Assembly (NCBI GenBank): GCA_944321825.1
Contig: CALUMU010000006.1
Coordinates: 44,126 to 108,125, forward strand
Reading direction: 5' to 3'
Source of the DNA: Candidatus Amulumruptor caecigallinarius
GTDB taxonomy: Bacteria; Bacteroidota; Bacteroidia; Bacteroidales; Muribaculaceae
Length of the DNA stretch: 64,000 bases
Shown: positions 17,182 through 25,787 of the stretch, in pieces
Layout: each line of letters begins with the position of its first letter
Position numbering within the stretch: the stretch's first letter is position 1
Notes under the pieces: model-generated
Told to the model about the DNA's origin: nothing
What the model saw: the letters and a program-made list of their open reading frames with translations, nothing else
Databases searched by the model: none
Translations under genes and position numbers: made by a program

Positions 17182-17415
17182 ATGACAGCAGACGAACTCA
17201 CATCGATTATCGAGACCCCGACGGCATCCGCGCAGGAGCGGGCCAGGGCTTATGTAGAGCGTGGCCGTCTCCGCTGGAAGTCCGGGGACATGAGCGGTGC
17301 GCTCAGCGACTATAATACGGCCGCGTCACTCGACCCTGACGGCCCGGGTGCACAGCTCGCCGAGCATACGGTGGGGATATTGGATTTCTACAACCACGAC
17401 CTTTACAATCCTTGA
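17182..17415 (+). CDS. small TPR-like protein
   Basis: The ORF track starts at TTG 17164. A TACATTTG -7 box at 17168-17175 lies inside that extension, so I use ATG 17182 (MTADELTSIIE..). It has one TPR-like helix pair (ARAYVERGRLRWKSGDMSGALSDYNTAASLDP) and ends in DFYNHDLYNP. Confidence 0.6.
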   Translation: MTADELTSIIETPTASAQERARAYVERGRLRWKSGDMSGALSDYNTAASLDPDGPGAQLAEHTVGILDFYNHDLYNP

Positions 17416-17443
17416 TTGCGAAGTGGCGGATTGCAGATACTAA

Positions 17444-17483
17444 AGAAGCCACGGAGCCTCTATGAAAAAGGGCCGTGGCTTCT
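17444..17483. terminator. hairpin between convergent genes (possible bidirectional terminator)
   Basis: AGAAGCCACGG-(18 nt)-CCGTGGCTTCT. The flanks are not strongly T-rich. Confidence 0.4.
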
Positions 17484-17512
17484 GCTATTGCTATCGTGTT
17501 ACTTATATGGGG

Positions 17513-18673
17513 TTATTTGGTGGTGATGTTGATGACGGCATGGTCGTCACGTTTGTCGATGTTCATGGAAGCTATGGATGAGGATGGGATGGATTTGTAC
17601 TGTTCGGTAGGTATGACTTCGCCGTTGACCTTGACTATGGTATTGGCGGGCAGTTCTGCGGTACCTGCTGCTCCCGATTTACCATTGATTTTTACGACTG
17701 TAGGTTCAATGCCGGGTTGTGTGGTGGTGGATTCCTTTGCCGTACCAGCCGTCATGTCGGCTGCCGGGCTGAAGAGTTCGGCACACGATGCTTCGGAGAT
17801 GACCGAAGCCACAGCTGGCAGATCGGCTACCGACACGGCTGCTCCGAGAGCGGGCAGCAGAGCGATGGCGCGTAAGCGGCGCTTCGCCGATGATTTTTGA
17901 GTACACATCATAGTGATACGTTTCTTAAGCTTACTATGATTGAGGCTGTTGGCAAGTGACGGGAATCTCGAGCCGGCAGCTTTTTTTATAAGCAGCATCT
18001 GATAGTCACGGGCGTTGATGCCGGCAGCAAGCACGGAGCTGTCGGCCTGGTATTCGTGTACGGTCTTCAATTCTTCGCGCATCAGCCATGCGGCGGGGTT
18101 CCACCATCCTAATGCGACAGCGATCTGTGCGACGAGCAGGTCTATGGGGTGGCGGAGTGCCAGATGGCGTGTCTCGTGGCAGAGTATGATGCTTCCGCTC
18201 TCGGCGTAGTCGTCCTCGTTCATGACTATGTATTTCCGCCAGCTGAACGGGGCTATCTCCTTGCGGTCGGTCACCACGAGTGTATAGCGGCCTGCGGCCA
18301 TGTGCCGCCCGTGGGCTACGATAGATGCAAGACGAATCCATATGACGGCGGTGTGCAGGGCTACTGCGATTATTCCAGCCAGATATATCCATAGAAATGC
18401 AGTGGCTATCGTGTTGCCATGCAGGTCGACTCCGGCAAGCACAGGCATCTCTACATCGACCGTCGCGGCGGAGAGAGTGTCGGCAGAGCGTGCAGCCAGC
18501 GAATGTATCCATGCCATGAGCGGATAGGCTCCCATCGACACCGCATAGATGGAGAGGAGTATGGCACGGTTGGCGCGGTGCTGGTTTTCGCCGGCAAGTA
18601 CCCACTTGTATGTCAGATACAGCAGGGACATGATTATGGCTGAATATATGGAGTATGACAGAAGAATGCCCAT
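17513..18673 (-). CDS. M56 family metallopeptidase (BlaR1/MecR1-type signal transducer)
   Basis: 386 aa with four N-terminal TM helices and an HETRHLALRHPIDLL HExxH zinc site. The short C-terminal extracytoplasmic tail is not a penicillin-binding domain. Confidence 0.8.
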   Translation of the reverse strand: MGILLSYSIYSAIIMSLLYLTYKWVLAGENQHRANRAILLSIYAVSMGAYPLMAWIHSLAARSADTLSAATVDVEMPVLAGVDLHGNTIATAFLWIYLAGIIAVALHTAVIWIRLASIVAHGRHMAAGRYTLVVTDRKEIAPFSWRKYIVMNEDDYAESGSIILCHETRHLALRHPIDLLVAQIAVALGWWNPAAWLMREELKTVHEYQADSSVLAAGINARDYQMLLIKKAAGSRFPSLANSLNHSKLKKRITMMCTQKSSAKRRLRAIALLPALGAAVSVADLPAVASVISEASCAELFSPAADMTAGTAKESTTTQPGIEPTVVKINGKSGAAGTAELPANTIVKVNGEVIPTEQYKSIPSSSIASMNIDKRDDHAVINITTK

Positions 18674-18680
18674 GGCGCGA

Positions 18681-19064
18681 TTAGTGGTTTTGTTTGCGTT
18701 CGATGATGTCGATTATCTCGCGTAGTTCGTCAATGGAGATTTTTTCGTCTTCGACTAATGCTGAGACGGCCGATTTGTAAGAGTTGTTGAAATAGTTGCG
18801 CACGAGGTCGGCCAGCGAACGCTCGCGGAAATCTTCCATACGCGCCACTGCGAAGTAGCGGTGCGAGCCGCCTGTGGATTCGTGTGCCACATACCCTTTG
18901 TCTTCAAGTATTCGGACAGTTGTCGAGACGGTGTTGACATGCGGGCGGGGGTCGGGGTATAGTTCCACCATCTCTTTGACGAACATGGGGCCTCGGCTCC
19001 ATAGCATCTGCATTATGTAGGATTCTTTTTCAGTAAGTACCTGTCGTTTACGTCCGGCTTTCAT
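18681..19064 (-). CDS. BlaI/MecI/CopY family transcriptional repressor
   Basis: 127 aa with a winged helix (LTEKESYIMQMLWSRGPMFVKEMVELYPDPRPHVNTVSTTVRILEDKGYV). Sits 8 nt upstream of the M56 gene. Confidence 0.85.
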   Translation of the reverse strand: MKAGRKRQVLTEKESYIMQMLWSRGPMFVKEMVELYPDPRPHVNTVSTTVRILEDKGYVAHESTGGSHRYFAVARMEDFRERSLADLVRNYFNNSYKSAVSALVEDEKISIDELREIIDIIERKQNH

Positions 19065-19088
19065 ATTGCTGGTTGTTTGACGTAAGAA

Positions 19089-19128
19089 TTAGTTGATGTC
19101 GCAAAGATGCAACTAATTTTTTTAGTTG
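19089..19128. promoter_or_regulatory. candidate BlaI operator overlapping the blaI promoter
   Basis: TTAGTTG (19089-95), CAACTAA (19110-16) and TTAGTTG (19122-28). CAACTAA-ttttt-TTAGTTG is a perfect palindrome. A -7-like CATCTTTG (comp. 19102-19109) lies between the half sites, 25-65 nt upstream of the blaI ATG. Confidence 0.4.
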
Positions 19129-19422
19129 TGCAAGGAAATCGGCAAAAAAATCCGCAAAATTTTGCGGAAAGGTGACAGCGGGAATCCGCGACATACAAAA
19201 ACGCAGCTTGTCCCGGGAATAGAGCCGCCGTACGTAGGGGGTGCAGTTCACCACCACAGGGTGCAGCCGATTGTCAGGAACAGCTGTGTCCCCCGGATTC
19301 GGGTGTTTATATGACGTAATCGGGCGGCTGCACCAGTGTGCAGCCATGCGCATGTGGGTTGTGCACCGCAGTAGCGGTGTAAAGCTATTGTGTTGCATCG
19401 CTGCGCGACGGGGAGGATGTCG

Positions 19423-19513
19423 TTTATCGGCTCAATAATGGCTCAAAAATACGGAAAATCGGCTCATTGTGAACCGATAAATGCTTGTTTTTGTGATTTT
19501 TGAGCCGATTTTG
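19423..19513. repeat. cluster of ATCGGCTCA / TGAGCCGAT units forming three interleaved inverted-repeat pairs
   Basis: Pairs: 19423-34 with 19470-81 (11/12), 19440-50 with 19496-506 (11/11), and 19455-66 with 19501-12 (12/12). The 20-mer comp. 19494-19513 is identical to 46360-46379. Confidence 0.7.
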
Positions 19514-19526
19514 GCTGTCGGAATCG

Positions 19527-20213
19527 TTAATTGGGCTGCGACGAGGAGGGGGTCAGTGAGTCGGTGACGAGGGGGAGGATTGCGGCGGGGAGGGTGACGA
19601 TGTGTGTGGCCTGGTATTCGCGCAGCTCCTTGACGGGGCGGAAGCCCCATGTGACACCCACTGACTCCACGCATGCACGTCGGGCCGTCTCCATGTCGAC
19701 ACCGGAGTCTCCTACATACAGCACTTCGTCCTTGGGGGTAGGGCATTTGCCAAGGATTTCGAATATGATGGAGGGATCCGGCTTTACCGGGACTCCTTCT
19801 TTCTGCCCCTCGACAGCAGCCCACCGGATGTCGGGAAAGAAGCGGCTGATAAGAGCTTCCACCGCGCTTTGATACTTGTTGGATGCCACTGCGAGGTTGA
19901 CCCCCAGCTCTTGCAGCGAAGATAGCAACTGCGGGATGCCTTTGTACGGCTCGCTGTGGTCGGCTCCGTGCCGGTCGTAATATTTGGTGAAGTGTTTGCG
20001 CAGACGGGCTATGTCGTCGGCGGTGCGGCGGCTTTCGGGCAGCGCACGTTCGAGCAGGCGTACCACTCCGTTGCCGACAAACGACGGGTAGGCCTGCATG
20101 GGGTGTGTCGGCAGCCCTTCTTGTTGCAGCGCGTAGTTGGTTGCTGTGCCGAGGTCGGTGATGGTGTTGAGCAGTGTGCCGTCGAGGTCGAATATTACGA
20201 GTCGTTTTGACAT
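19527..20213 (-). CDS. HAD-superfamily hydrolase (phosphoglycolate phosphatase-like)
   Basis: 228 aa with LVIFDLDGTLLNT (motif I DxDGT), VASNK (motif II region) and YVGDSGVDMETA (motif IV). Confidence 0.8.
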   Translation of the reverse strand: MSKRLVIFDLDGTLLNTITDLGTATNYALQQEGLPTHPMQAYPSFVGNGVVRLLERALPESRRTADDIARLRKHFTKYYDRHGADHSEPYKGIPQLLSSLQELGVNLAVASNKYQSAVEALISRFFPDIRWAAVEGQKEGVPVKPDPSIIFEILGKCPTPKDEVLYVGDSGVDMETARRACVESVGVTWGFRPVKELREYQATHIVTLPAAILPLVTDSLTPSSSQPN

Positions 20214-20267
20214 AAAGATAGGTTGGAGGGTTAGATTTTTATGTGCGAAATCAATACAGCTTCGGCC

Positions 20268-22649
20268 TTAGAAAGGATATCCTACAGCGAAGAGGAAAGT
20301 AGCGTCGCGTTTCCAGCTCATCTTGGTGATGGGCCATTTGAGCTGGCCCTCGGCAGGGTTGTGGAGTTTCAGTCCGAGGTCGATGCGGAATATGAAATAG
20401 GTGAAGTCCATGCGCAGTCCCACTCCGTAGGCTACGGCCATCTGTTGCCAGAACTTGTCGAACTTGAATACTCCGTAGGGCTGGTTTTCATAACTGCGTA
20501 TGGTCCAGATATTGCCGGCATCGACAAAAAAAGCGCCTTCCAAAAGCCAGAACAGCTTGGCGCGGTATTCAAGGCTGAGCAGGATGTTGATGTCGCCGCA
20601 CTGGTTGAGGAAATCGGCGTTGTAGTCGTCGTTACCTCCGGGGTAGCCTCCGGGACCGAGGGTCCGCACGGCCCAGCCTCTGACTCCGTTGGCACCTCCG
20701 GCATAAAAACGCTTCTCAAACGGGATGACGCGGGAGTTGCCGTAGGGGAACGCCACGCCCACGCCGGCGTGGAAAGCCAGTCCGTGACGGGAGTTGAAAT
20801 TGCGGAGCACGGTGTAGTCGAATTCGGCTTTTGCATACTGGGCATATTGCGTGCCGAAGATTTTGTACACCCCGTCGGATTTTTTCTGCTTGAACACCGA
20901 CGAGTAGGCATAGAGAAGGTTGCCGGCCGTTTCCACCGATGCGCGCATGTTGTAGACACGCGGCTGCAGACGGTTGCGCGTGAGGATGCCGCCGGTGGCC
21001 GCCGGTATGCGCCTGTTGGTCCACTGATATGTGAATCCCATGCGCATGATGAAGTGGTCTTCGTAGCTGTAACGTATGCGGGCGTTGAGCTGGTCGATGA
21101 AGTCGTCGATGGAGTTGGGCATGTGTATATAGCTGATGTCGACGAAGTCCCATGTGCTTCGGCGTGTGCCGAAGCGGTTGTTCCATTTGTATTTCCAGCC
21201 AGCACCGGCGATTATGCGTGTGAACTCCGGCCGTTCCTGGTAGTTGAATGACAGTGCCAGCTCTGAGCTTGCCTTGATGTTGTGCTTGAACCTGCGGCTG
21301 AGAAACGGGAAGATGAATCTCGGGAATGTGATGCCGACTTCGGCGGCCTGCTCGGTGTACCGCTTGTTGATGAAATTGTCAAGATTGCCCGAAAGGCTTT
21401 CGTAGCTCGAGCGGAATTTGGCGGTGAAAAGCTGTGAGCCGTGAAACAGGTTGCGGTGCTGGTATGTGACACCTACGCCGAAGCCCAAGTCGCCCTCGCT
21501 GTTGGTGCCTTCGACCTCGAAAGCGACCGACTGCTTGCGGTTGCGGATGAGAAGTATGTAGGCATCGAGCGCGGTATTGCCGTCGTCGGTGGAGACTGGC
21601 TGCAGCTCTATGTTGATGGAGCGTATTATGCCGAGCTGCGACATGTATTCGTAGGTGCGGTCCACCATCGCAGAGTTGTATCGTGAACCTGGCGTTATGA
21701 AGCACTTTTCGATGAGTACGGACGGTTTGATGTAGTGGTCGTCGCCGTAGACGGTGATGTAGCCCTCCTTGTCGCGCTGTATTTCCTCGGCTTGGGCCAC
21801 GGCATCGCTCACGGGCTGCCCTTGGTGGTAGTCGGTGATGAAGATTACGTTGCGGATGCGGTGTACGCGGTGTGCGGCAGTGGAGTCCTCGCTCGCAGAG
21901 CCTCTGGCCGGTGGGGCGTGAAGCTCGAGGGTGAGATCCACGTCCTTGGAGTTGGCCGCAGTGTCGGCATAAAAAGTGATGTATTCCTTGCTGAATCCGT
22001 AATAGCCTCTGCGTTGCAGCCTTGCAGCCATGCTGGCGCGTAGCTGTTCCAGCTTGTCGAGGTCGAATATTGCACCGGGCTGTATCTCTGCGCGGGCAGT
22101 ATCGCGTAGCAATATGCGTGCTATGGCTGTGTCGGGTATCTGGTAGGAAAATGAAGATATGCGGTGTGGTGTGCCGGGGCTGACACGGTATGTGATGGCA
22201 GCCTTTTTCTTGTCGGGTCGCATCACCGAGTCGACTGTCACCGTGGTCTCGAGGTAGCCCTTGTTTGCCATGGCGAGGCGGAGCTGGCGTGCCGAGGCAT
22301 GTGTCAATGTACTGTCGTATATCACCGGGGCCTGTCCTATGCGCCGTAGCCAGCGGTTCCAGCGGCTTGTGGTGTCGGAGCCTGACAGGTTGTAGGTGTT
22401 GAGCTGCAGCTTCAGGAATCCGAGCACCTTGTGGTTGGGGACCTGGCGCAGATAGTTGTATAGGTCGGATGACGACAGGTTGTCAGGCCGCCGGCCGAGG
22501 CTGTCAGGCTCGATTACGATTTCCACCTTGTCGAGCAGATACTTGTTGTCAGGCACATGTTTGGTAGTGCTGCATGCTGTCATGGCCCATACCGCCAAAA
22601 GCAGTATAGGCCATGACAATGCTTTTATGCAGAGATGACGTGCCGGCAT
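20268..22649 (-). CDS. Omp85-family outer-membrane protein, lipoprotein form (TamL/BamA-TamA family)
   Basis: 793 aa with a lipoprotein signal (LLLAVWAMTACSTT), a POTRA-like N-terminal half, and a C-terminal bacterial surface antigen barrel ending ..FLFAVGYPF. Confidence 0.75.
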   Translation of the reverse strand: MPARHLCIKALSWPILLLAVWAMTACSTTKHVPDNKYLLDKVEIVIEPDSLGRRPDNLSSSDLYNYLRQVPNHKVLGFLKLQLNTYNLSGSDTTSRWNRWLRRIGQAPVIYDSTLTHASARQLRLAMANKGYLETTVTVDSVMRPDKKKAAITYRVSPGTPHRISSFSYQIPDTAIARILLRDTARAEIQPGAIFDLDKLEQLRASMAARLQRRGYYGFSKEYITFYADTAANSKDVDLTLELHAPPARGSASEDSTAAHRVHRIRNVIFITDYHQGQPVSDAVAQAEEIQRDKEGYITVYGDDHYIKPSVLIEKCFITPGSRYNSAMVDRTYEYMSQLGIIRSINIELQPVSTDDGNTALDAYILLIRNRKQSVAFEVEGTNSEGDLGFGVGVTYQHRNLFHGSQLFTAKFRSSYESLSGNLDNFINKRYTEQAAEVGITFPRFIFPFLSRRFKHNIKASSELALSFNYQERPEFTRIIAGAGWKYKWNNRFGTRRSTWDFVDISYIHMPNSIDDFIDQLNARIRYSYEDHFIMRMGFTYQWTNRRIPAATGGILTRNRLQPRVYNMRASVETAGNLLYAYSSVFKQKKSDGVYKIFGTQYAQYAKAEFDYTVLRNFNSRHGLAFHAGVGVAFPYGNSRVIPFEKRFYAGGANGVRGWAVRTLGPGGYPGGNDDYNADFLNQCGDINILLSLEYRAKLFWLLEGAFFVDAGNIWTIRSYENQPYGVFKFDKFWQQMAVAYGVGLRMDFTYFIFRIDLGLKLHNPAEGQLKWPITKMSWKRDATFLFAVGYPF

Positions 22650-22715
22650 CCTGATTGTTCAAACAGCTTCTGAAAACTTTTGGGGCAAAGTTACGATTTT
22701 TCGCAAAAATATAAG

Positions 22716-22723
22716 TAGCTTTG
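22716..22723 (+). promoter_or_regulatory. candidate -7 box (TAGCTTTG) upstream of the YidE/YbjL-type transporter
   Basis: TAnnTTTG match about 80 nt upstream of ATG 22805. Confidence 0.4.
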
Positions 22724-22804
22724 CATATTGTTTAGTATTAGGTGTCGTCAGGTGGGTCTTCTTGCCAGCTGCTACCAGTTATATATTTATAATTATCATT
22801 TCAC

Positions 22805-24466
22805 ATGGATACCTCTTGGATAACAGAGCTGTTTCTGCCTGGTAACACCGGGCTGGCCAGCACACTGGTGCTCTATTGCTTTGTCATAGTGGCCGGTGTG
22901 GCATTGGGCAAGATAAAAGTGGCAGGAGTGTCGCTCGGTGTCACATTCGTGCTGTTTGTTGGTATCCTGATGGGGCACTTCGGCTACACTGTCAATGGCG
23001 ACGTGCTGAAATTCATACGTGAATTCGGCCTGATACTGTTCATATTCTCTATCGGTCTTCAGGTTGGCCAGTCGTTTTTCTCGTCGTTCAAGCAAGGGGG
23101 CATAAGGCTCAATATGCTCGCGCTGCTCGGCATCGTGCTTAATGTTGCCACGGTGCTTGTCATCTATTTCGTAGAGGGTGGTAATACGTCGATAGAAGCT
23201 CTCGTAGGAGTCATGTCGGGAGCTGTCACGAATACTCCCGGATTGGCTGCTGCCCAGCAGACGGCAGATACAGCGGAGGCTATCAATGTGATGTCGATGG
23301 GTTATGCCGCAGCCTATCCGTTAGGTGTGGTCGGAATCATCATGACCATGCTGGTGTTGAAGAAGGTGTTCAAGGTCAAGATTGAAAATGAAATCAAGGA
23401 TCTTGAAGCCGCCGACGAGGCATCGGCTAATGCTCCGCATATCACCACTTACCGCGTGACTAATCCGCTGCTTGACGGCAAGAATGTACTTGAGCTGCAT
23501 AATATAGCCAACTGCGACATGGTGGTGTCACGTGTCAAGCCGGAAGGGGATGTTGCCTATGTACCTACTGCTTCATCCACCATACATAAAGGCGATTTGA
23601 TACTTGTGTGCTTGTCGCCGACGGACGAAATCCGCCTGACAAGCCTTGTCGGACCCATCGAGCCGTTTGACTGGGATGAGGTGACGCCTGAGCGTGTGGT
23701 GAGCCGCCGCATCGTGATTACCAAAAACGAATACGACGGAGCGACGTTGCGCTCGCTGCGTCTGACCAAAGGGTACAAGCTCAATGCTACACGTGTCAAC
23801 CGTGCCGGCATAGACCTGCTCGCTACTCCTGATCTGCGCTTGCAGATAGGCGACCGCCTGACCGTGGTCGGCGACCTTAATGACATAGACCGTCTTGCCA
23901 CCCGTCTGGGCAACTCGCTCAAACGTCTCAATCATCCTAACATCATCACGATATTTGTCGGCATCATGTTCGGTATCATACTGGGTTCGATCAATCTCGG
24001 CTTCGGCATGAAGCTCGGACTGGCCGGCGGACCGCTTGTTGTCGCTATCCTTTTGAGCCGGTTCGGCTATAAGGTCCATTTGGTCACATATACTTCTACG
24101 TCGGCTTCATTGATGCTCCGCGAACTCGGTATCTGCCTATTCCTTGCCTCGGTGGGCATATCTGCCGGAGCGGGATTTGCGGAGACGGTGTTCAACCCCA
24201 CAGGCATGTGGTGGGTGATATGGGGCTTTATCATCACGGTGGTCCCCCTGCTGATAGTAGGTATCATAGCGCGAGGAGTGTTCAAAGTCAATTTCCTCAC
24301 CATCATGGGTCTTTTCAGCGGCGGATATACCGACCCGCCCGCACTTGCCTACGCTAACGGCTCTACGGGTCATGATGCACCTTCGGTAGCGTACTCGACC
24401 GTCTATCCGCTGACCATGTTTATGCGCGTGGTGGCGGCACAGGCTCTGATACTCTGCTTGGCTTGA
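22805..24466 (+). CDS. AAE-family transporter (YidE/YbjL/AspT type) with two central TrkA-C (RCK_C) domains
   Basis: 553 aa. Duplicated membrane domains flank two soluble repeats (VTNPLLDGKNVLEL..GDLILV and ITKNEYDGATLRSL..GDRLTVVG). Confidence 0.8.
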   Translation: MDTSWITELFLPGNTGLASTLVLYCFVIVAGVALGKIKVAGVSLGVTFVLFVGILMGHFGYTVNGDVLKFIREFGLILFIFSIGLQVGQSFFSSFKQGGIRLNMLALLGIVLNVATVLVIYFVEGGNTSIEALVGVMSGAVTNTPGLAAAQQTADTAEAINVMSMGYAAAYPLGVVGIIMTMLVLKKVFKVKIENEIKDLEAADEASANAPHITTYRVTNPLLDGKNVLELHNIANCDMVVSRVKPEGDVAYVPTASSTIHKGDLILVCLSPTDEIRLTSLVGPIEPFDWDEVTPERVVSRRIVITKNEYDGATLRSLRLTKGYKLNATRVNRAGIDLLATPDLRLQIGDRLTVVGDLNDIDRLATRLGNSLKRLNHPNIITIFVGIMFGIILGSINLGFGMKLGLAGGPLVVAILLSRFGYKVHLVTYTSTSASLMLRELGICLFLASVGISAGAGFAETVFNPTGMWWVIWGFIITVVPLLIVGIIARGVFKVNFLTIMGLFSGGYTDPPALAYANGSTGHDAPSVAYSTVYPLTMFMRVVAAQALILCLA

Positions 24467-24526
24467 CGCTTATCTGGCGATAGATTTATTGGCCGATAGG
24501 TCGTAGAAGTTATCAAAAACATATCA

Positions 24527-24564
24527 AAGGGCGGTGGCGGCTTGGTCGTCATCGCCCTTTTTTC
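24527..24564 (+). terminator. rho-independent terminator after the transporter gene
   Basis: AAGGGCG-(19 nt)-CGCCCTT, followed by TTTTTC. Confidence 0.65.
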
Positions 24565-24681
24565 ACTATATTGCGGATGCTCATAAAGGATAAATGATTA
24601 AATTTGCTCTTAAATGAGCGGATTTTAGCCGCTGTTTCAGCTTACCTTATCCGTGAAAACGATTGATATAGTTCGTTACTT

Positions 24682-25731
24682 ATGAAAATAACTCTTGACA
24701 TAGTCGGCACACCCAAGGGTGATGCCGCTATCATTACTCTGACCAATAGCCGGGGTGCTTCGGTGGTGCTTTCGTCCATAGGAGCCGGTATCATGGAGAT
24801 AAACGTCCCCGACCGCAACGGCGCGGTGGCCGATGTGGTGCTCGGGTACAAAAATATTGCAGACTATCTCTATGACGGCCCGACCATGGGCAAGACCCCC
24901 GGACGCTACGCCAACCGCATATGCCATGGCCGCTTTTCGCTTGACGGCAAGGATTACAGCCTGCCTGTCAATTGCGGCCCGCACCACCTGCACGGCGGAC
25001 CTGAAGGGTTTCAAAACCGCTTGTGGAAGTATGACATAGGCTCTGACTGCGTGACGTTTACCCTCTGCAGCCCTGACGGCGATAGCGGTTATCCAGGGGA
25101 GGTAGTGGCCGAGGTGACATACAGATGGAGCGATGACAATACGCTGACCATCGACTACAGAGCTTCGGCTACAGCTCCTACACCTTTGAACATGACCAAC
25201 CATGCGTACTGGAATCTTGACGGTGAAGGCTCAGGGAGTGCCATGGGGCATGTACTTCAGGTCGAAGCTTCGGCTTACGTAGAGACTGACGAAACGCTTG
25301 CACCTACCGGGACACTCCGGGAGGTGAAAGGCACCCCGATGGATTTTACCGAGGCCAAGGTGGTAGGGCGTGACATCAAGGAGCCTTTTGACGCTCTTGT
25401 GCATGGCAAGGGGTATGACCATTGCTATGCTTTCGATGCCTATGATGGCAAAGGGACATTGTTCAAAGGCGCGGAATTGTACAGCCCGGTATCGGGGCGC
25501 AGGTTGGTTGTCAAAACCACCTATCCGGGTATGCAGCTATATACCGCCAACTGGCTTACGGGCGGTACACCAGAGGGGCGGCACGGAGCCGACTACAAGG
25601 ATTATGAGGCTGTAGCCCTTGAGTGCCAGATGTTTCCGGACTCGCCCAACCATCCGTCGTTTCCGTCGGCGATATTGCGTCCGGGCGAGCGGTACCACCA
25701 TGTAATCGTGTATGAGTTGGATGTCGTGTGA
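24682..25731 (+). CDS. galM: aldose 1-epimerase (galactose mutarotase)
   Basis: 349 aa with GRYANRICHGRFSLDGKDYSLPVNCGPHHLHGG, TNHAYWNL and ALECQMFPDSPN motifs. Confidence 0.9.
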   Translation: MKITLDIVGTPKGDAAIITLTNSRGASVVLSSIGAGIMEINVPDRNGAVADVVLGYKNIADYLYDGPTMGKTPGRYANRICHGRFSLDGKDYSLPVNCGPHHLHGGPEGFQNRLWKYDIGSDCVTFTLCSPDGDSGYPGEVVAEVTYRWSDDNTLTIDYRASATAPTPLNMTNHAYWNLDGEGSGSAMGHVLQVEASAYVETDETLAPTGTLREVKGTPMDFTEAKVVGRDIKEPFDALVHGKGYDHCYAFDAYDGKGTLFKGAELYSPVSGRRLVVKTTYPGMQLYTANWLTGGTPEGRHGADYKDYEAVALECQMFPDSPNHPSFPSAILRPGERYHHVIVYELDVV

Positions 25732-25787
25732 CGTCCGGCTCAAGTTTTTTCTGATTGATATAAATTATATACACACATAAAGCTATT

